Assembly (NCBI RefSeq): GCF_027921745.1
Contig: NC_079238.1
Span: 1,054,001 to 1,118,000 of the forward strand
Direction: 5' to 3'
Source: Schizosaccharomyces osmophilus
Lineage: Eukaryota
Length of the DNA stretch: 64,000 nucleotides
Below the pieces are notes generated by a model that saw only the letters and a program-made list of their open reading frames with translations, made no database searches and was not told the DNA's origin. A program made the position numbers and the translations under genes. Within the stretch, counting starts at the first letter, position 1; every line of letters begins with the position of its first letter. Positions 59,310 to 64,000 of this stretch are shown here, one piece after another.

Positions 59310-62009
59310 CTAGACGTCTTTTTTATTCTCTTCCGAATAATTGAGAGGCTGGAGGATCTTCAGAGCACTGATAAGTCTGCTTGCTAAAGCTTTGGTTGAA
59401 CCATCAACTTGAATTACATGATAACCGAGTTCAACGCCAAACGTATATTTAATGGCTTTTGAAAAGGTCTTTGCTTTACCATCAGGTAAGTCTTGTAATG
59501 ACTTAGAATGGTCTTCCGGAACGCTAAGCTTTAGCAACTTATTTAGTGTATTCTCAACTTCAGAGATATCCTTAGATTCACTAGCTGTAGCATATATTTC
59601 GAACGGTTGGCTTTTGGCCATCACCAGATGCTTATTACTATGATGATAACGGAATTCGTAGGTTCCAGGTTCCCAAAATAACAATTCTCTCGAGAACACA
59701 ACTTCGCCAGAATCCTTAGCTTCCGAAACATGTGTTATGCTAGAAGTGTGTGAGTTATATCCTTTATTATCAATGGCAGACCAGCGTCCTTCACTCGGCA
59801 CTTGAGTGTGGATATCACTAACGTTATCTGACACACGATAAAGTCCAATCCAGTCATTATTTTCATGATCTAAAGGAGCGACCCACTTCACGTGGATGGG
59901 AAATCCAAGTGGAACTTTGGAACCTTCGATACCCAAATTCAATGAATAGGAAGTAGATCCATGTCTGTCAAATTGTGGGGCAAATAATTTCAATATGGCA
60001 AGCTGGGCGCTTCTACGGAGACTCGATTCCGTACCTTTCAATAGCACTTGTACTTTAGGAGGGGCAGTACTCACGAATTCTTGTAAGGCTTCAGCTGTTT
60101 GATCGAGAACCCTATCGACAGTATTACCCAATGCTTTGACATGTGTTTCGATGGATTTTGGAATCTTACTGCCGTGATCTTGAGTAGCTTGCTTAATTAA
60201 TTTCGAGATTCCTGCTTCCTTCCTTAAAGCATTGCCGTATACTTTGCGCATGTGGGGTTGTTCAACAAGACGGATGATAGCCAAGTTTGACAGCTGGGCT
60301 AAGGTAGCTAATAAGAAAATCCAAGCTGAGTTGCTAATAAGAGCAAGACCCCAATAGGCAGAGCATCCAAGAAAACGCTCAGGGTTATTAACGTATCGAT
60401 AGATACCTTGGTAAACAAGCTTGGGGGAGCGATTAGGCAGGAAAAAATCGCCATAAAACCATCCATACTGACCTAAATCCTCGTAAATAGAGATGGAAGT
60501 ATAAATGTGTAAAACTACTAAACCAAATCCCAAGGTATGACGAAGAGTTACAAGTCCGTATGTCCAGTTGTTAGGAAGATGATACAACTTCCAAGCTGCC
60601 ATACAAAAAGAAATATAAGACATGTTTAGGGTGATGTTGTAAAAACCCTTCCACTGAGACCAAGCTTGCACAACCGATTCACCATTACGAATGAAATGCC
60701 GAGACCAAGCTTTATCTCTTGACTGATAAAATAATATGAGTCCATGGAAGGCGCTGTGCAAGAAACGCCACAGAAAAGCCTGGAATAAAGCCAAGAATTG
60801 GTTATAATAAGAATTAGATGAGAGTAAACTTGACAGAATGCTATACGCCGCAATGATGATTAATGCAACATCTGATATCCTAGCTGAATTAAAATTGACA
60901 AGCCCGACAAGGTCACGAGCTGCAGGAATCTCAAACTCAGCATCTTCATCTCGCGGTGTAATACGGGAATGAGCAGACTCGCTTCCATAAGTCTTTTCTA
61001 TATGGGGATTTTCGACCACAAGAAGGAAAATAAATTGGGCGGCATGAGCAACCATACTTGCTAGTAAAACGCCGTAGCTTCCAGAAATCAAACTCATGCC
61101 ATAGTATCCAGCATAACCGATAGAGTACATAGGATGAGGGGCTAATTCAAAAACACCATTGAAAACCAGGGAGCTACGGAGAAGAAAGAAAAAGTCACCC
61201 CAATACCATGCGTAATCACGAACGACACGATGGGCATCGAGCTTTACCCAGTAATTAAAAACAATTAAGGCAATGCCTCCGAAAAAACGTAACATGTGAA
61301 AGAGAAAATTCATATTAGGCCAGCAGGTCCAAGCAAAGGCCATCAATACATATGAGCAAAAATCGCACATCAGGATAAGATCCACAAAATGACGAAAAAC
61401 TAGCCAGCTGTTGAACTCAATCGGAGATTTTTCAAAATTATATGAAGAATCCATTTTAGAGACAAGTTGGTGTTTAGTCATTTCATAAAGTTTTGGATTT
61501 TTTTCTTTGTCAAAGAAGCCAAGCTTCACAACCCATTCTACTACCTTTCGATCATTGGATTGAGAATGAAGCAGGAATCCAATACCGATATCGTAACTCA
61601 TACGCCAAAAAAAGAAGCAAGCCATCATCAAAACTCGCCGCGTGTTTCCGCGCGTAAAAAGGTACAGAATAACTTGAGAAAGGATGCTGCCGATAACGAC
61701 CCAGTCCCAAGGCGTTTTGGGAACGCGAGGATCGATGGTTTCAAGGATGCTGCGGCGATTTTCTTGCTCGTCAGGGAGTCGAAAAGTTTCACCTGATGGA
61801 GTTAAGCCATAACGCTCAAAATTAGGGTTGGAACTTTCTTCAACGTTTTCGTCCTCTTCGTCTCTGGCTAAAAACGGTTTATCATTTCCACTGAGTTTCT
61901 TTGGAGAAGAAGCAGACGAAACTGGTAAAGAGGAACCAAACTCTAAAGACGAGTTATCAAAGCTGAGAGATCCGTCGTCCAATGTTTTCTCCTTAACCAT
62001 ATTGTTCAT
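59310..62009 (-). CDS. cho2: Phosphatidylethanolamine N-methyltransferase Cho2
   Basis: Duplicated PEMT motifs AWYWGDFFF..HPMY and GWFYGDFF..GIYRYVNNPE. Confidence 0.95.
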   Translation of the reverse strand: MNNMVKEKTLDDGSLSFDNSSLEFGSSLPVSSASSPKKLSGNDKPFLARDEEDENVEESSNPNFERYGLTPSGETFRLPDEQENRRSILETIDPRVPKTPWDWVVIGSILSQVILYLFTRGNTRRVLMMACFFFWRMSYDIGIGFLLHSQSNDRKVVEWVVKLGFFDKEKNPKLYEMTKHQLVSKMDSSYNFEKSPIEFNSWLVFRHFVDLILMCDFCSYVLMAFAWTCWPNMNFLFHMLRFFGGIALIVFNYWVKLDAHRVVRDYAWYWGDFFFLLRSSLVFNGVFELAPHPMYSIGYAGYYGMSLISGSYGVLLASMVAHAAQFIFLLVVENPHIEKTYGSESAHSRITPRDEDAEFEIPAARDLVGLVNFNSARISDVALIIIAAYSILSSLLSSNSYYNQFLALFQAFLWRFLHSAFHGLILFYQSRDKAWSRHFIRNGESVVQAWSQWKGFYNITLNMSYISFCMAAWKLYHLPNNWTYGLVTLRHTLGFGLVVLHIYTSISIYEDLGQYGWFYGDFFLPNRSPKLVYQGIYRYVNNPERFLGCSAYWGLALISNSAWIFLLATLAQLSNLAIIRLVEQPHMRKVYGNALRKEAGISKLIKQATQDHGSKIPKSIETHVKALGNTVDRVLDQTAEALQEFVSTAPPKVQVLLKGTESSLRRSAQLAILKLFAPQFDRHGSTSYSLNLGIEGSKVPLGFPIHVKWVAPLDHENNDWIGLYRVSDNVSDIHTQVPSEGRWSAIDNKGYNSHTSSITHVSEAKDSGEVVFSRELLFWEPGTYEFRYHHSNKHLVMAKSQPFEIYATASESKDISEVENTLNKLLKLSVPEDHSKSLQDLPDGKAKTFSKAIKYTFGVELGYHVIQVDGSTKALASRLISALKILQPLNYSEENKKDV

Positions 62010-63717
62010 GCAAATGGGAATCTATACGATGTAGGCTACTCGAAATGTTCGATTGTAACAAACAAAGATGAGCACTGATGCGATATCTATGAGCCCAAAT
62101 AATTTCTATAATTTCTACAGTATTTCCAGGAAACAAACAGATATTTAGCTTAGATAAAAGCGAATAAGAGAAAGCACAAAGAGTCTTCTTCGCTCGAAGT
62201 AAAATATATAAAAACGAGAGTTGTCCTAAAAGACAGAGAAGTACCTAAAGATAGTATTTTCTTTTTTAAATAAAACAAAACAGATTATCAGGTCCTCTGT
62301 ACTTGGATTCCTTCGTCCCTCCGGGTGAAAGACGTGGAGATGGGTGGTAAAATTGTCGCGTTGAACAAAAGAAATGTGTATAACGATAGCGATGACTCAA
62401 CAAGATAGTGCTTTCAGGTTACATGAACCCACTAATTTTAGAACGAGATGTCGGTTTTGTTTATTTTCTGCTTGTCGAACTGAATGAAAAAAGAAATGAA
62501 CGCGCCTTGAATATAATGCATCAACCTGCACAGATACGCGTTGCTAAGGCCTTTAATGAACAACAAATTGCACCACCTTTTCACAGAAACCCGAAAGAGT
62601 TCCTTTTCAGTATACAATTAATCTCATAAAGACGCTTCTTTTGTTTTTATTGTCATATGGCAATACGATGTATCGTGCAACAGGAATTTGGGATTTGTTA
62701 ACATGATTTTGAGTTTCTCTTTATATGCAATTCACATGAATCCTTTTTTTACATACTTCTTCAGATGATACAGAACATCAAAAAATACATTCAATCAAGA
62801 AACATCTAGTTACTTTAAACTGAGTTTGTCTTTTCATACAAATTATTCATTTGGTAGATAATATCACTTTGTATACATTACCACGTCTTGTATGGTATCA
62901 ATCAAAAGCTAAAACTAACTAGTAACAAAATACAAACGGAAAATATAAAAGGCATCAGAAAGATAACGCATAATTTTTAGTCAACAGAGCTTTTCAGACA
63001 AACCATGAAAAAAAGTGTTACTCATCACTTGCCTTTGGTAGAAGTAAGAAGTCTTGAAAGGGTTTATATAGAAAAAACAGAAATCGATTGCATACAGGAG
63101 TTGGTACCAAAAAAAGCTAAAGGTTTATGATTGATTTTGCGTTCTAGGTCTGTGTATTTATTTGTAACGATAAGATCCAGTTTATCAAAGTTTCATTAGC
63201 ATGCAAATTCCGTAGACGATAAATTTAGAGAGATTCATTAATTGCATTTAATTTATTCTTTGGTATATATTTATTATTAAAAAAGGAGAACTTACAGAGT
63301 TAAAATTTTTGAAGCAAAATAACGGTGTAGTTTGTTTACATTTTTTTGTGCTAAATCTCACTAAATGGATTCTATGAAGTCCGTATGCCACCAGCAGATG
63401 TGTAGATATCTTGCCTAAAACACACATCTGAAACTTCGCGGTTTGAGAAACGGTCCCATTAATTTTCGCTCAGAGGCGCCAATTGGATGCAATATTGGTT
63501 TCTTTAAATAGAAGGCGTAGGACACGCGTCAATATACAAAGCGTGCAGTTGACGGGAAACAGTTCGAGCAAGCAGAACTTTTAACTTGAATAAACGTGTG
63601 TTTAAGCATTGTCCTTTCAAAAAACAATATTTAAATATTTGCAGAAAGCAGCAAGTGCTTTTTTCGGGTTCCCGGACTCATCTTTCTATTCATTTAAAGT
63701 ATTGAGCAAGATTTACC

Positions 63718-64000
63718 ATGGGTCTTTTCAAAAAGAAAAAGGGTGTCAATCCCGATATGTACAAGGCTCCAGAGGAAGGCAGCTCAGCCGCCAGTACTGG
63801 AACTCCTGCCCCTTCTTATACCTCTAATGGCTATTCAGGTAATTCATACCCTAACGCGTACAGTACAGGCAGTGGATATGAAACTAGTATGCCAAAGGGT
63901 GGTTATAATATGCAGTCAATTCGCAATGATCCGTATGCCCGAAAAGACATGCCTCCAATGCGATCCGGAGCTGCTGTAGCTTCTTCGGCTCCTTCCACAC
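63718..64000 (+). CDS. sec9: t-SNARE Sec9 N-terminus (3'-truncated)
   Basis: MGLFKKKKGVNPDMY...IRNDPYARKDMPPMRS resembles the fission yeast Sec9 N-terminus; recalled synteny after cho2. Confidence 0.8.
   Translation, partial: MGLFKKKKGVNPDMYKAPEEGSSAASTGTPAPSYTSNGYSGNSYPNAYSTGSGYETSMPKGGYNMQSIRNDPYARKDMPPMRSGAAVASSAPST

Noticed and set aside
62010..63717. 1.7-kb cho2-sec9 intergenic region
   Set aside because: No tRNA, snoRNA or spliceable ORF recognised; probably UTRs and an AT-rich promoter or origin.
1..64000. CRISPR arrays, tRNAs and transposase/retrotransposon ORFs
   Set aside because: None seen. The DNA is eukaryotic, and the repeats present are coding heptads, 5S copies, the wtf duplication and microsatellites.

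Overview
Intron-containing fungal DNA from a fission yeast (Schizosaccharomyces). It is most likely the octosporus/osmophilus/cryophilus clade rather than S. pombe; the species cannot be fixed from the sequence alone. The housekeeping gene order (ctf1-dad4-vti1-vps36-mnh1-rpa43-atg3-hot15-dcp1-oms1-srp101 ... cwf28-fes1-ppk25-ste11-cyc3-thioesterase-dis3-snf59-grn1-nda3-sdh8 ... cox17-Siva-like-U3-grx4-pph3-iml1-cho2-sec9) matches, from recall, the S. pombe chr II SPBC3B9/32C12/26H8 region. Two accessory islands interrupt it, both built around wtf-family poison/antidote meiotic-drive genes next to 5S rDNA. Island 1 (~15.1-17.15 kb) is wtf + 5S. Island 2 (~41.2-46.2 kb) is a decayed wag-like relic + 5S pseudogene + wtf + divergent wag + 5S. 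The two wtf genes are almost identical from exon 1 through intron 3 but have divergent exon 4 sequences. Island 1 appears to lack the wag module at a clean junction, and the wag protein has a Wtf-antidote-like N-terminus. Manual splicing also revealed a 4-exon NTAQ1/WDYHV N-terminal glutamine amidohydrolase and a U3 snoRNA that the ORF track does not show. All gene models were spliced by eye and no database search was run.
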